Assembly: GCA_963665295.1 (NCBI GenBank)
Contig: OY762209.1
Span: 2,848,001-2,912,000, forward strand
Source: Syntrophorhabdaceae bacterium
GTDB taxonomy: Bacteria > Desulfobacterota > Syntrophorhabdia > Syntrophorhabdales > Syntrophorhabdaceae
DNA length: 64,000 bases
Reading direction: 5' to 3'
The stretch's first letter is position 1; each line of letters starts with the position of its first letter. The notes beneath the pieces were generated by a model that was not told where the DNA came from, searched no databases, and saw only the letters and a program-made list of their open reading frames with translations. Positions 52,192-62,159 of this stretch are shown one piece after another. The position numbers and the translations under genes were made by a program.

Positions 52192-52532
52192 TCCGTGTAT
52201 TTCACACCCATCACCTTCGAAATAAGTCAGACACCTGCACAGTCACATCGCCGTTTCCGCCAACGGACCGGCACGCGCGGTGCGAGATATACTATGCTTT
52301 TTGCGGTGGTAATTTCAATAGGTTCGTTACCCCGGGTAAGGCGCCTTTCCGCAGTCGGTATGGACGGGGCGACTTAAGGAGTTGACGAAAGGGTAGGCAA
52401 AGGTATATAAAATAAACGTTTTACCTTCGGCCTAACCGGGAGGGGTCCACTGTATCCCTTTGATTCAATGTTTAGATTAAAGGCAGGTTGATTGAATCAT
52501 GGAGTGAAAATTTACCGTAAAAAGAGGCGGAT

Positions 52533-52994
52533 ATGAAACGTTTTATTGTTATCTCAAGTATACTGGTGCTTTTCTTCGGCGTCCTTGTCCCTTCCGGGTC
52601 TGCGGGAACGCGTCTCAAGACCTGGACAGGCAGTCGGGGTTGGGGTCCTGAAGCCCCGTACGTGAAGCTTTATAACGGGAAGACCATGGAAAATGTCGAC
52701 GGCATAGTGACCGCAGTGCAGCGGTTCATTCCCGGCAGAGGCATGTCGGCAGGCGTACATCTTCTGGTAAGGGCAGGCGTTGAGGTGGTAGACGTCCATC
52801 TGGGGCCGCAATGGTATATCGAGAACCAGGATATCACCATTCAGCCCAAAGACCAGATAGAGGTAAAGGGATCGAGGGTCATGTTCCGGGGGCAGCCCGC
52901 CATAATAGCAGGGGAAGTGAAGAAAGGCGAGGATATTCTCAAGCTTCGGGACGACACGGGTTTTCCCGCATGGATTGCCTGGAGGAGACATTAA
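52533..52994 (+). CDS. Exported OB-fold-like protein (MamS/MamX-domain-like)
   Basis: Signal peptide; VHLGPQWY, IEVKGSRV and LRDDTGFPAW pattern. Confidence 0.7.
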   Translation: MKRFIVISSILVLFFGVLVPSGSAGTRLKTWTGSRGWGPEAPYVKLYNGKTMENVDGIVTAVQRFIPGRGMSAGVHLLVRAGVEVVDVHLGPQWYIENQDITIQPKDQIEVKGSRVMFRGQPAIIAGEVKKGEDILKLRDDTGFPAWIAWRRH

Positions 52995-53107
52995 ACCCGT
53001 TCCCACTGCACCCTGTTCCTGTCGGTCGGCTTATGGGGGGGGGCGGACATGCCCGGACCCCGGGTCTGTCGTTGATTTTCCTTGCAGCTCCGGGATAAAC
53101 TTAACCT

Positions 53108-53494
53108 GTGACCCTTTTTGAAACGTGGAGAGCCAGAGCCGGAGAGCTCGCCTCAGAAGTCCGGGCGTTGTACCTTTGTGCAAAGGACCCGCGAACACCA
53201 CTCCACGTGAAATGCCTTGCCGCTCTCATCCTCGGTTATGCCCTTAGCCCCGTCGATCTCATACCCGACTTCATTCCGGTCCTCGGATACCTGGACGATC
53301 TCATCCTGATCCCTCTGGGTGTCGCCCTTCTCGTAAAGACCATGCCTCCGGGACTGCTGGAGGAGTGCAGGGAAAAGGCGAGGACCATGTCCGATCCGGG
53401 GAAGGGAAAAGGCCGGTGGGCAGGGGCTGCTGCCGTCCTCCTGATCTGGGCCGCCTGTATTTACTTTCTCGTCCGTGGGGTATGCGCTTTGTAA
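53108..53494 (+). CDS. YkvA/DUF1232 membrane protein
   Basis: DPRTP and YALSPVDLIPDFIPVLGYLDDL. Confidence 0.9.
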   Translation: MTLFETWRARAGELASEVRALYLCAKDPRTPLHVKCLAALILGYALSPVDLIPDFIPVLGYLDDLILIPLGVALLVKTMPPGLLEECREKARTMSDPGKGKGRWAGAAAVLLIWAACIYFLVRGVCAL

Positions 53495-53667
53495 GGACGT
53501 GACAACCGCGCCGGGGCGGTTGCCCTCATTTTCAAAGTGGTTGACAATTACCCCCGGTTATGCAACAGTTTCAATAACGGGGAGGCCGGTTTCAGTCACG
53601 TGAGTCCCGCGTTTCGCAGTCGTGGGTCGCCCCTATGCCTTAAGGGCATCTTAGAGGGCGGTGTCGT

Positions 53668-55518
53668 GTGGGCTCGGGTGACAGGGAGAAGTCAAGGAAT
53701 GAAATGGTCCTGGAGATAAGACAACTCCGGGAGCGCATCCTCCGCCTTGAGGAGTCGGTCCTCGAGAAACAGAACCTTCAGGAAAAGAGCCTGCAACTGG
53801 CCTCCATCGTCGAATCCTCCGATGACGCCATCATAGGAAAAACGGTAAACGGGACCATCGTAAACTGGAATAGGGCGGCCGAGCGGCTCTACGGCTATAG
53901 CGCCCGGGAAGCGTGCGGCCAAAACGTCTCCATCCTTACCCCTCAGGACCGAAAAGACGAGATTTCCAATGTCATCACAAAACTGAGGAAGGGAGATAGC
54001 GTCGATCATTTCGAGACCGTCCGGTTAAGAAAAGACGGCACCCCCATCGATGTTGCCCTCTCCATTTTTCCTATCCTGAACTCCAGAGCGGCCGTCACCG
54101 GTGTGTGCAGCATTACCAGGGACATTACGGAACGCAAAAGAATCGAGAATGCCTTGCGCCAAAGCGAGGAGAAGTACCGATCCATCTTCGAAAACGCCGT
54201 CGAGGGCATCTTTCAGACCACGCCCGAAGGCCGGTTTATCAGTGTGAACCCCGCCTTTGCAAAGATTCACGGCTATGAGTCTCCGGAAGAGATGATCAGC
54301 CGCATCACCAGCATAAAGGACCAGCTCTACGCGAACCCGGTGGACAGGGAGCGTTTCGCGAACCGGCTCGAAACGGATGGTGTTATTACCGCCTTCGAAA
54401 CGCAGTTCTATCGGAAAGACCTGTCAAAGATATGGGTATCCATGAATGCCCGTGTGCCGGCTCCGGTCGATGGCGGCCTGATCTGCTACGAAGGCACCCT
54501 GGAGGATGTGACCATGCGCAAGGCGGCGGAGGAAGCGTTGCGCATGGAAAAGAAGATATCCGATTCGACCCTGGACAGTCTGCCGGGTATCTTCTATATG
54601 TTCGACGAACACCTGAAATACCAGAGATGGAACAAGAACCTGGAGCGCATATCGGGGTATTCGGCGAACGAGATATCCCGGATGCGCGTTACCGGTTTCA
54701 TTCCCGTGGAGGACAGGCGGTTCATAAAGGAAAAGGTCCGCGAGGTATTTGAAAAAGGAGAGGCAACCATTGAAGCGGAACTTCTGACAAAAGACGGGCG
54801 CAAAATCCCGTTCTTCTTCACGGGGATAAGGGTCGTCTTCAGTCCCGAACGCTCTTCGGTGATCGGTGTGGGAATTGATATCACGGAGAGAAAGAAGTCT
54901 GAGAAGAGCCTTCGGGAAAGCGTCGCGCGGCTGAGGAAGGCAATGGTCGGGGTTATCGGGGCCCTGGTTGCGGCGGTTGAGATAAGAGACCCTTATATGG
55001 CGGGCCACCAGAGGCGGGTCGCGAAGCTCGCCGAGGCGATAGCCAGGAAAATGAAGGTCTCCTCCGATGTGATCGAGTGTACGCGCATGGCAGCATCCAT
55101 CCACGATCTGGGGAAGATATCCGTGCCCGCGGAGGTTTTGAGCAGACCTTCAAGGCTGTCGGACCCGGAAGGTGATCTCGTAGAGCGTCATGCGAGGTCG
55201 GGCTATGAGATGCTGAAGGACATAGAATTCCCCTGGCCCCTGGCGGAGGTAATCCTCCAGCACCACGAGAGGCTCGACGGTTCGGGGTATCCCGACCACC
55301 TGAAGGGCGACCAAATCCGGATGGAGGCGCGCATAATAGGAATAGCGGACGTGGTGGAAGCGATAGCGTCCCCCCGTCCCCACCGTCCCGCCCGGTCCAT
55401 AGAAGCGGCCCTCGCAGAGATAGAGAAGAATAAAAGCACCCTCTACGATCCCGACCTGGTGGATGTGTGCCTAGCCTTGTTCAGGACCGAAGGCTTCAGT
55501 TTCGAGCAGAGCGAGTAA
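53668..55518 (+). CDS. Three-PAS HD-GYP domain protein (putative cyclic dinucleotide phosphodiesterase)
   Basis: Three PAS/PAC units ending DITERK, DVTMRK and DITERK; RDPYMAGHQ, HDLGK and HHERLDGSGYP. Confidence 0.9.
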   Translation: MGSGDREKSRNEMVLEIRQLRERILRLEESVLEKQNLQEKSLQLASIVESSDDAIIGKTVNGTIVNWNRAAERLYGYSAREACGQNVSILTPQDRKDEISNVITKLRKGDSVDHFETVRLRKDGTPIDVALSIFPILNSRAAVTGVCSITRDITERKRIENALRQSEEKYRSIFENAVEGIFQTTPEGRFISVNPAFAKIHGYESPEEMISRITSIKDQLYANPVDRERFANRLETDGVITAFETQFYRKDLSKIWVSMNARVPAPVDGGLICYEGTLEDVTMRKAAEEALRMEKKISDSTLDSLPGIFYMFDEHLKYQRWNKNLERISGYSANEISRMRVTGFIPVEDRRFIKEKVREVFEKGEATIEAELLTKDGRKIPFFFTGIRVVFSPERSSVIGVGIDITERKKSEKSLRESVARLRKAMVGVIGALVAAVEIRDPYMAGHQRRVAKLAEAIARKMKVSSDVIECTRMAASIHDLGKISVPAEVLSRPSRLSDPEGDLVERHARSGYEMLKDIEFPWPLAEVILQHHERLDGSGYPDHLKGDQIRMEARIIGIADVVEAIASPRPHRPARSIEAALAEIEKNKSTLYDPDLVDVCLALFRTEGFSFEQSE

Positions 55519-55622
55519 ATGTATAAATGGGTGTTGCGGTTGGTGGGACAGAGATTCATGTCTTGATCGTCTGGTGGCTTTAGGCACGTTGGGTGTTTCA
55601 GGCGTCTCAGGCGTTTGTTTTA

Positions 55623-55772
55623 GTGGATAGGCGGCCGGACGGAACGAACGCTCCATATAGGCCACTCTGCAAAGGGAGGCGTGCTCTGGCGTATGAGTAT
55701 ACGCCGACGCCCTACCTCCCTTCACAGCCTGGCCCATCTGAAGTGTCCGTCCCGTCCGGCCGCCTACTCCAC
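55623..55772. repeat. 150-nt imperfect inverted repeat (72/74-nt arms, 4-nt loop)
   Basis: Arm 55623-55694 aligns end to end with the reverse complement of 55699-55772; the loop is GAGT. Confidence 0.9.
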
Positions 55773-56163
55773 CCGGCGCTGTTGAATTTATTAAACAATT
55801 GACGCCGGAAAAGTAAGACGCAGTTTGAAACAGACCGCTTTAGCTTCGTGGGTGTAGGGATTACGCGAGGGTCGGATATGTGTTACGCTCTTCTTCCTGA
55901 AGTTAATACCCGGCCTCTGGCGGACCATGCACGCCTTCAAATGGCATTTCACTGAGGCTTCTATACCTTTGGACTTGAAATAAGGACAGAATAAGAGGAA
56001 AATGAAAATGTATCGTGGGCATCAGGAAGGGCAACGTGGAGAATTTGTCACGCTGCTCAACTCCGTCACCCAAGTGCCCTATGCAAATGCCGGAAACTTG
56101 AAGAGCAAGAAACACGTTTGCACCAACGTCCCCATGGGCGTAATAAGATCAGGGGGTGGGTCT

Positions 56164-56244
56164 ATGAAGATAATTTCGCTGTTCAATAACAAAGGTGGCG
56201 TCGGCAAGACGACGCTTTCCTATCCAATCAAGCGTGGACATTAA
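56164..56244 (+). pseudogene. 5' remnant of a ParA/Soj-like ATPase gene
   Basis: MKIISLFNNKGGVGKTTLSY (deviant Walker A), then a stop after 26 codons. Confidence 0.8.
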
Positions 56245-58268
56245 AGTTTTTCGAGTTCCTGCATTTTTTTACATAGTAACAGGAAAACGTGACGTTGTCA
56301 TTTACTTCTTCTTCTTTTTCTTCTTCTTTGTCTCAACTCCAGTAAATCTCTTTTTCCTTGCATAATAAGCAAATTAGCGGGAGAATGAAGGGAGTTCTAT
56401 AGTCACCGATCACGATTCAGTTCCGTTGGGAGAGTTGTTGTAATACAGTAATCGAACGTATATCCAGCGTTCTCGGAGGCAAGACAAATGTATATTGCCA
56501 AGATTGCCATAGAAAATTTTCGTAATTTCAAGAAGACTGAGATCGTATTCAATGACGGCGTAAACGTTATCATAGGTCCTAATAATTCTGGGAAGACGAA
56601 CCTAATCAGAGCACTCTCGCTCCCAATTCATTATCAGGGCTCCAAGCGACTCGATACAGATGACTTCAACAAAGACATCTCTTTGGAAGAACTCAAAGCC
56701 GATCCACCCAAAATCAGCATTGCTATTACCATAAGACAAGGTCAAAACCAAGAACTCGACGATTTGGTAACCGTTAGCAATTGGCTGACCAGATTAGATG
56801 ATCCATATGAAGCATTACTGACATACCGTTTCTTTCTGCCAGAGAGGGAGAAAGACAATTATGTGAAGGCTGTTGCGGGAGTCGCAGATACCGACTCAAA
56901 TTCCGTTAACATGATCTGGAGAATTATCAAAACTGATTTTATCAGATTATACACATACAAAATATGGGGGGGAAGGCCCGAAAATCAGGCCATTGCGGAC
57001 GCCGAATCGTTACAGCGATTTGATTTTCAGTTTTTAAGCGCAATTCGTGATGTCGAAAGGGATATGCTATCGGGTCGTGATACACTTCTGCGAGACGTTT
57101 TAGACTTTTTCATGGATTATGAGATAAAGATATTGCCAGAGGCGGATAAATCGAAAGAAGTTAAGATCGCTGAAATAAAGGCGAAACAGAAAGATTTCTC
57201 GAACAAAGCAGGTGATCTGCTTATTGAGCTTCAAAAGCGCATGGAGGCGGGCAAGAAACAGATACTATCCTACGCAAGTGACACGGGAGCATTATTTGAT
57301 AGAGCAACGCCGAACTTCGAAGGAAGCATTTCAGATGTCGAAATGTTCTCCGCACTTCGACTAATTGTAGAATATGAAACCGGAGTAAAGATTCCCGCTA
57401 CACATAATGGCCTCGGATACAACAATTTGATATTTATGTCGTTGCTTTTGGCAAAAATGCAGGTTAATTCTAATGGAGATTATTTGGGTAGCAATGCAAA
57501 GGTGTTTTCGACGCTGTCAATTGAAGAACCTGAGGCGCACTTGCATCCCTCAATGCAGTATAAGTTTCTGAAGTTCTTGAAAGAGAATAAGGAAAAGAAG
57601 AAGGTTAGACAAATTTTCGTGACCAGTCATTCCACGCATATTACATCGGCAGTATCGCTGGACGAAATCATTTGCCTCTATAACGAGAATAGAGACATAA
57701 AAGTCGGTTATCCGGGAAAGGTATTTCCAGATGAAAAAAGTAAGAAATATGTTCAACGGTTCCTGGATGCCACCAAATCGGATATGCTTTATGCCCGGAG
57801 AGTCATTCTAGTTGAAGGACTAGCTGAGCAATTGCTCCTATCAATTTTATCGCGCTATTTGCGTAAATCACTAGAAGATAACCATGTTGCCGTGATAAAT
57901 GTCGGAGGAAGGTTCTTCGACTATTTCCTGTATTTATTTGATAGCCCAAAGCCCAATACGATCCCCAAGAAGATTGCGTGTCTTACCGACAGAGACCCGG
58001 CCAGAAAATATAAGTCCGGCGGAGAATACTCAAAGTGCTATCCGTTTCAAAGTAAACAGGATACCGCGAAGTATGTGTACAAAATCTACGCAACTGAGAA
58101 AATTCAACAGTATAATACTCACTGCAATGTGCGGTTCTTCAGTCAAGATGAGATTAAAGGCAAAACATTTGAGTACGACTTGGTTCTGCATACCCTCCGT
58201 GCCAATATAAGTGAGACACTTCCCACCCAATAGTTTAGACTCTTGGGGGCGGGAAGGAAAGAACGATC

Positions 58269-58667
58269 GTGGAAGAAAAGAAATCAGTCATGGCATCACC
58301 AAGGGTAGTCCCCGATCCGGAAGTACCGGAAAAGGCAGTTCGCCGGAAATTCACCGCGGCGTACAAGCTCCGTATCCTCAAGGAGGTGGAGAACTGTACC
58401 GGGAAGGGTGAGATAGGGGCGCTTCTGCGCAGAGAGGGACTTTATTCATCGAGCCTCACCTCATGGCGGCGTCAGGTTCACCAGGGCCTCATCCCGAAAA
58501 AGAGAGGACCCGTCACACAAAAGCCTGATCCCCTTATCCGTCGCACCATCGAACTGGAAAAGGAGAACACGAGGCTCACCCATAAACTGAAACAGGCGGA
58601 GCTCATTATCGAGGTCCAAAAAAAAGTGGCCGAGCTGCTCAAGGGGTCGAGCGAGGAGAAGTCATGA
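58269..58667 (+). CDS. IS3-family transposase OrfA
   Basis: RRKFTAAYKLRIL...LLRREGLYSS..WR HTH plus a leucine zipper; A8G slippery run at 58618-58626. Confidence 0.88.
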   Translation: MEEKKSVMASPRVVPDPEVPEKAVRRKFTAAYKLRILKEVENCTGKGEIGALLRREGLYSSSLTSWRRQVHQGLIPKKRGPVTQKPDPLIRRTIELEKENTRLTHKLKQAELIIEVQKKVAELLKGSSEEKS

Positions 58668-59662
58668 ACATCACGCAATCGCTTGCCCATGAAGTGGGTA
58701 TCCGCCCTGCCTGCAACGCCCTCGACGTATCCCGTGCGGGCTTTTACCGGTGGCAGCATCCGAAAGAGAAGGAACCTTTGAACCGTCTCTCTCCCTTGGC
58801 CCTCTCCTTCGGGGAACGGAACGATGTACTTGATATCCTTCATTCGGACCGCTTCATCGATAAAGCACCCCGGGAAATCTACGCGGCCCTCCTGGACGAG
58901 AAGAGCTATCTCTGTTCAGTGCGCACCATGTACCGGATCCTTGAAGAAGAAGGTGAGCTGAAAGAAAGGAGGAGGCAGGTCTCCCGTCCCCGGTACGCAA
59001 AACCGGAGATCCTCGCGAAGGCGCCCAACGAGGCGTGGAGCTGGGATATCACGAAGCTCAAGGGTTCCGTAAAATGGACCTACTACTACCTCTATGTGAT
59101 CCTCGACATCTACAGCCGCTATGTGGTGGGGTGGATGGTGGCCCACAGGGAACTTGCCGCCCTTGCTCGCAAACTGATCGCGGAGACCTGCGAGAAGCAA
59201 ATGATAGAGCCCGGTAAGCTCCTGATCCATGCGGACAGGGGGTCGAGTATGACGTCGAAACCCGTCGCCCTGCTCATGGCCGATCTCGGGGTCACCAAGA
59301 GCCATTCGAGGCCTTCGGTCAGTAATGACAACCCCTATTCCGAATCTCAGTTCAAGACCATGAAGTACCGGCCCGAGTTCCCTCAAAGGTTCGGCTCCAT
59401 TGAGGATGCCCGGGCCTTTTGCCAGACATTCTTCCCCTGGTACAATACCGAGCATTACCATTCGGGGATAGGTCTTCTCACCCCCGAGGACGTCCATTAT
59501 GGAAGAGCGTTGAGGATCATTGAAGGTCGTACGGACGTACTGCGGGCTGCGTATGAAAAACATCCGGAACGGTTCAAGGGGAGGATGCCGAAACCGGCGT
59601 CACTGCCTGACGCCGTCTGGATCAATAAGCCATTATCAACGAGCGATGGCGGGGTACACTAA
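58664..59662 (+). CDS. IS3-family transposase OrfB (rve DDE)
   Basis: WSWDIT, LDIYSRYVVGW, HADRG and DNPYSESQFKT; in the -1 frame relative to orfA. Confidence 0.92.
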   Translation: MNITQSLAHEVGIRPACNALDVSRAGFYRWQHPKEKEPLNRLSPLALSFGERNDVLDILHSDRFIDKAPREIYAALLDEKSYLCSVRTMYRILEEEGELKERRRQVSRPRYAKPEILAKAPNEAWSWDITKLKGSVKWTYYYLYVILDIYSRYVVGWMVAHRELAALARKLIAETCEKQMIEPGKLLIHADRGSSMTSKPVALLMADLGVTKSHSRPSVSNDNPYSESQFKTMKYRPEFPQRFGSIEDARAFCQTFFPWYNTEHYHSGIGLLTPEDVHYGRALRIIEGRTDVLRAAYEKHPERFKGRMPKPASLPDAVWINKPLSTSDGGVH

Positions 59663-60063
59663 ATATCTGATGGAAGTGTCTCATTTTCATTGACACGTTC
59701 CGATAATCCGACATCAGAACTTCTCGTCACGGATTCAATGAGCAACAAAACTGAGATCAAATCCCTAATGCAGTTTTACAAGGAAAATAAGCCGGTCGAG
59801 GAGTTTCTCGGTATACTCCAGGAGGGGACCGAAGCGAATCCAAATAAACAGAACAAAGAAATAAAAGACGGGATAAGGCAGTGTAATTGGGACAATGATG
59901 ATGACAAGAGAGCTGCAATTATCGCCTCACGTTACCTAAATTCTTTAGGAAAAGGCACGAATGCGTTGGAACTTGCCTATGCTTTAGACGACAACTTGCG
60001 TAGAGAAGGCCAAGAAGCCTACCAACATTTTGTCGTTCCGTCCTACATAGCAAATGCGATAGA

Positions 60064-61845
60064 ATGGATATGTCAATAAACAGAATCACGTCGGATTCCT
60101 TACTCATAAATATAGAGCACCACTTTAAAGTATCTGCAGGACCGGGTGCCGGGAAAACGCATTGGTTAATTGAGCACATAAAGAACGTTCTGCATCGTTC
60201 AAATAGATTTGACAAGACTCGTAGAATAGCCTGTATTACATATACGAACATTGCCGTCGAAACGATTCTCGGTCGATTGGGCACTTCTTCGGACCGCGTA
60301 GAAGTGTCAACCATTCATAGCTTTCTCTACAAATACATCGTCAAGCCTTATGCGCCATTCATAGCCGACACTTATGGCCTGAATGTGGAAGAAATGGATG
60401 GACACGATGATCCTGTTGTCCATCTTAAATATGTATTAAGCTGGATAGGGTCTCATTCGCGGAAAAATGAACTTATACATCCGTATACTGAAAATCAGTT
60501 AACAAAATTGCCCAACAACACTCAAGCGCTCGTGCGATGGCTATCGTCTTTGAGCTACTGTTTTGACTCGTCTAATTCTTTGAAAATTAGGAATAGAAGG
60601 GATGAAGCGTTTTATGACGACAGGGGTACCCGAAAATACTTAAGAACTGACTGCTTGGACATATTGGAGACAGACTTGCTCTCCTATAAACGAATATATT
60701 GGGGGGATGGTATTATCTTCCACGATGATGTCCTCTTTTTTGCATACGAGCTAATTCGTATCTTCCCTTTCATTTTGCAGGTATTAAGAGCAAGGTTTCC
60801 CTATTTCTTTGTTGACGAATTTCAGGACACCAATCCGATACAAGCCGCTATTCTTTATCAGATAGGGCAATGTAACACTGTTGTAGGGGTGATAGGCGAC
60901 ACGGCGCAATCAATCTACAGTTTTCAGGGAGCAGCGCCTGACAAATTTACTTCTTTCAATCTTCCGGGGATGATCGATTATCAAATCAAGGAGAACAGAC
61001 GAAGTACTAACGAAATAATAGGAGTTTTGAATGCAATACGTTCCGACATTCAGCAAATAAATTACAACGATGTAACTGGCATTCAGCCGACCATTATTGT
61101 TGGGCAAACGACTGACTCACTTCGATGGTCAAAAGAACAATGCAATGGGGAGAAGGTATGCTCTCTGTCGAGAGATAATATTACATCGAATGCAATGAAA
61201 CGCGACATAGGAGGAGCATCTTTTAACGATCATTTATTCGAAGAATTGCAGCAGGAGGACGTCAACCGGCATAGAAGTACAGTTATCATTGCCTGCATAA
61301 AGGCAGTTGAGTTAGCTCGGGAAGGAAGATACAAAGATTCGATAAGGGAGTTGGAAAAGAAGGTTTTTAGAGACCGGACCGATAAGGCTAAAGGCAAAAG
61401 AAACTCATTAAAACGTGTCCAAATTCTTCTAAGGAATTATGATGATTATAAGGATGGATCACTATACGAGTTTTGCTTGATCGTCAAAGCCAATATCAAG
61501 AAGGATATTCCTGGCTTGAAAAGCGGAAAAGCCAGGACTTTTTACGAAGGACACACTTATCAGCAATTGTCTTTATGTGTAAAAATAACCGAGGATACGA
61601 GTCCGCATAAAACAATTCACAAAGCGAAGGGAGATGAATTTGATAACGTGTTACTTATATTACGTAAAGAGGCAGATTTGGGGTTCTTGCTGAACCCCAA
61701 CTTGACTGCAACCAACGCCGAGGAGCAAAGGATAAATTACGTGGCCGTCAGTAGAGCTAAAAGTCGACTATTTCTTTCAGTGCCCTCTTTAGAGGCAGAC
61801 AAACAAGCGATCCTGAGTGATAGATTTCAAATAAAAATACTCTAA
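60064..61845 (+). CDS. gajB: UvrD-like SF1 helicase (GajB-like)
   Basis: AGPGAGKT, ITYTN, VDEFQD, IGDTAQSIY, TIHKAKGDEF and YVAVSRAK; overlaps the nuclease 3' end. Confidence 0.82.
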   Translation: MDMSINRITSDSLLINIEHHFKVSAGPGAGKTHWLIEHIKNVLHRSNRFDKTRRIACITYTNIAVETILGRLGTSSDRVEVSTIHSFLYKYIVKPYAPFIADTYGLNVEEMDGHDDPVVHLKYVLSWIGSHSRKNELIHPYTENQLTKLPNNTQALVRWLSSLSYCFDSSNSLKIRNRRDEAFYDDRGTRKYLRTDCLDILETDLLSYKRIYWGDGIIFHDDVLFFAYELIRIFPFILQVLRARFPYFFVDEFQDTNPIQAAILYQIGQCNTVVGVIGDTAQSIYSFQGAAPDKFTSFNLPGMIDYQIKENRRSTNEIIGVLNAIRSDIQQINYNDVTGIQPTIIVGQTTDSLRWSKEQCNGEKVCSLSRDNITSNAMKRDIGGASFNDHLFEELQQEDVNRHRSTVIIACIKAVELAREGRYKDSIRELEKKVFRDRTDKAKGKRNSLKRVQILLRNYDDYKDGSLYEFCLIVKANIKKDIPGLKSGKARTFYEGHTYQQLSLCVKITEDTSPHKTIHKAKGDEFDNVLLILRKEADLGFLLNPNLTATNAEEQRINYVAVSRAKSRLFLSVPSLEADKQAILSDRFQIKIL

Positions 61846-61906
61846 GATGGTACATCTTTATTGTCCAATCCGCTCACTTCGAACAGCCAATTCGGTTTTA
61901 TCCGAA

Positions 61907-62159
61907 GTAACAGTTTAGTCCCCCTCACGGAGCCCTCGCCCCATTGCGATACAGTGCCGCCTGTGCCGTCACGGTATCCGACACCAGGAGCGTCTCCAGG
62001 AACTTCCGTGGATCGTTCCCTTGCCTCATGGAAGTAATGATGAGACTCGGCAGGATACTGTGGGTCTTCAGTCCCGTTGCCGACCGCGTACCGAACATAA
62101 GCTTCCTCATGATCACCAGGAAGCGGATCGACTGTTCTGCCTGGTTGTTGGTAGGTGGT
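61907..62159 (-). mobile_element. IS66-family element copy A, right end and transposase 3' fragment, interrupted by IS21
   Basis: GTAACAGTTTAG terminus; encodes PPTNNQAEQSIR...ARAP; near-identical to 62996-63248. Confidence 0.88.

Larger units (their letters stand above)
58192..59702 (+). mobile_element. IS3-family insertion sequence
   Basis: IRs TGCCAATATAAGTGAGACACTTCC (from 58200) and GGAAGTGTCTCATTTTCATTGACA (to 59695); orfA/orfB; GC-rich inside an AT-rich gene. Exact ends are ambiguous. Confidence 0.9.
56488..60079 (+). pseudogene. gajA: OLD-family ABC-ATPase/TOPRIM nuclease (GajA-like) split by an IS3-family element; fragments 56488-58191 and 59705-60079
   Basis: GPNNSGKT, NGLG, IEEPEAHLHP, VTSHS, TOPRIM LVEG..E and TDRD; the fragments rejoin in frame as ...EYDLVLH/NPTSELL... 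Confidence 0.8.

Noticed and set aside
52380..52460. Possible c-di-GMP-I riboswitch (GGCAAA...GGCCTAA)
   Set aside because: The GNRA-capped P2 stem and the GCAAAG/P3 arrangement could not be built.
52533..52994. Magnetosome function for the MamS/MamX-like protein
   Set aside because: No other mam genes are in the window, and the domain also occurs in non-magnetotactic bacteria.
53628..53660. Hairpin overlapping the HD-GYP ribosome-binding region
   Set aside because: Short and imperfect, so compatible with chance in GC-rich DNA.
56002..56163. Upstream extension of the 80-aa ORF containing the ParA motif
   Set aside because: ParA similarity begins at ATG 56164, which has its own G-rich SD-like sequence; the upstream part shows no protein-like signal.
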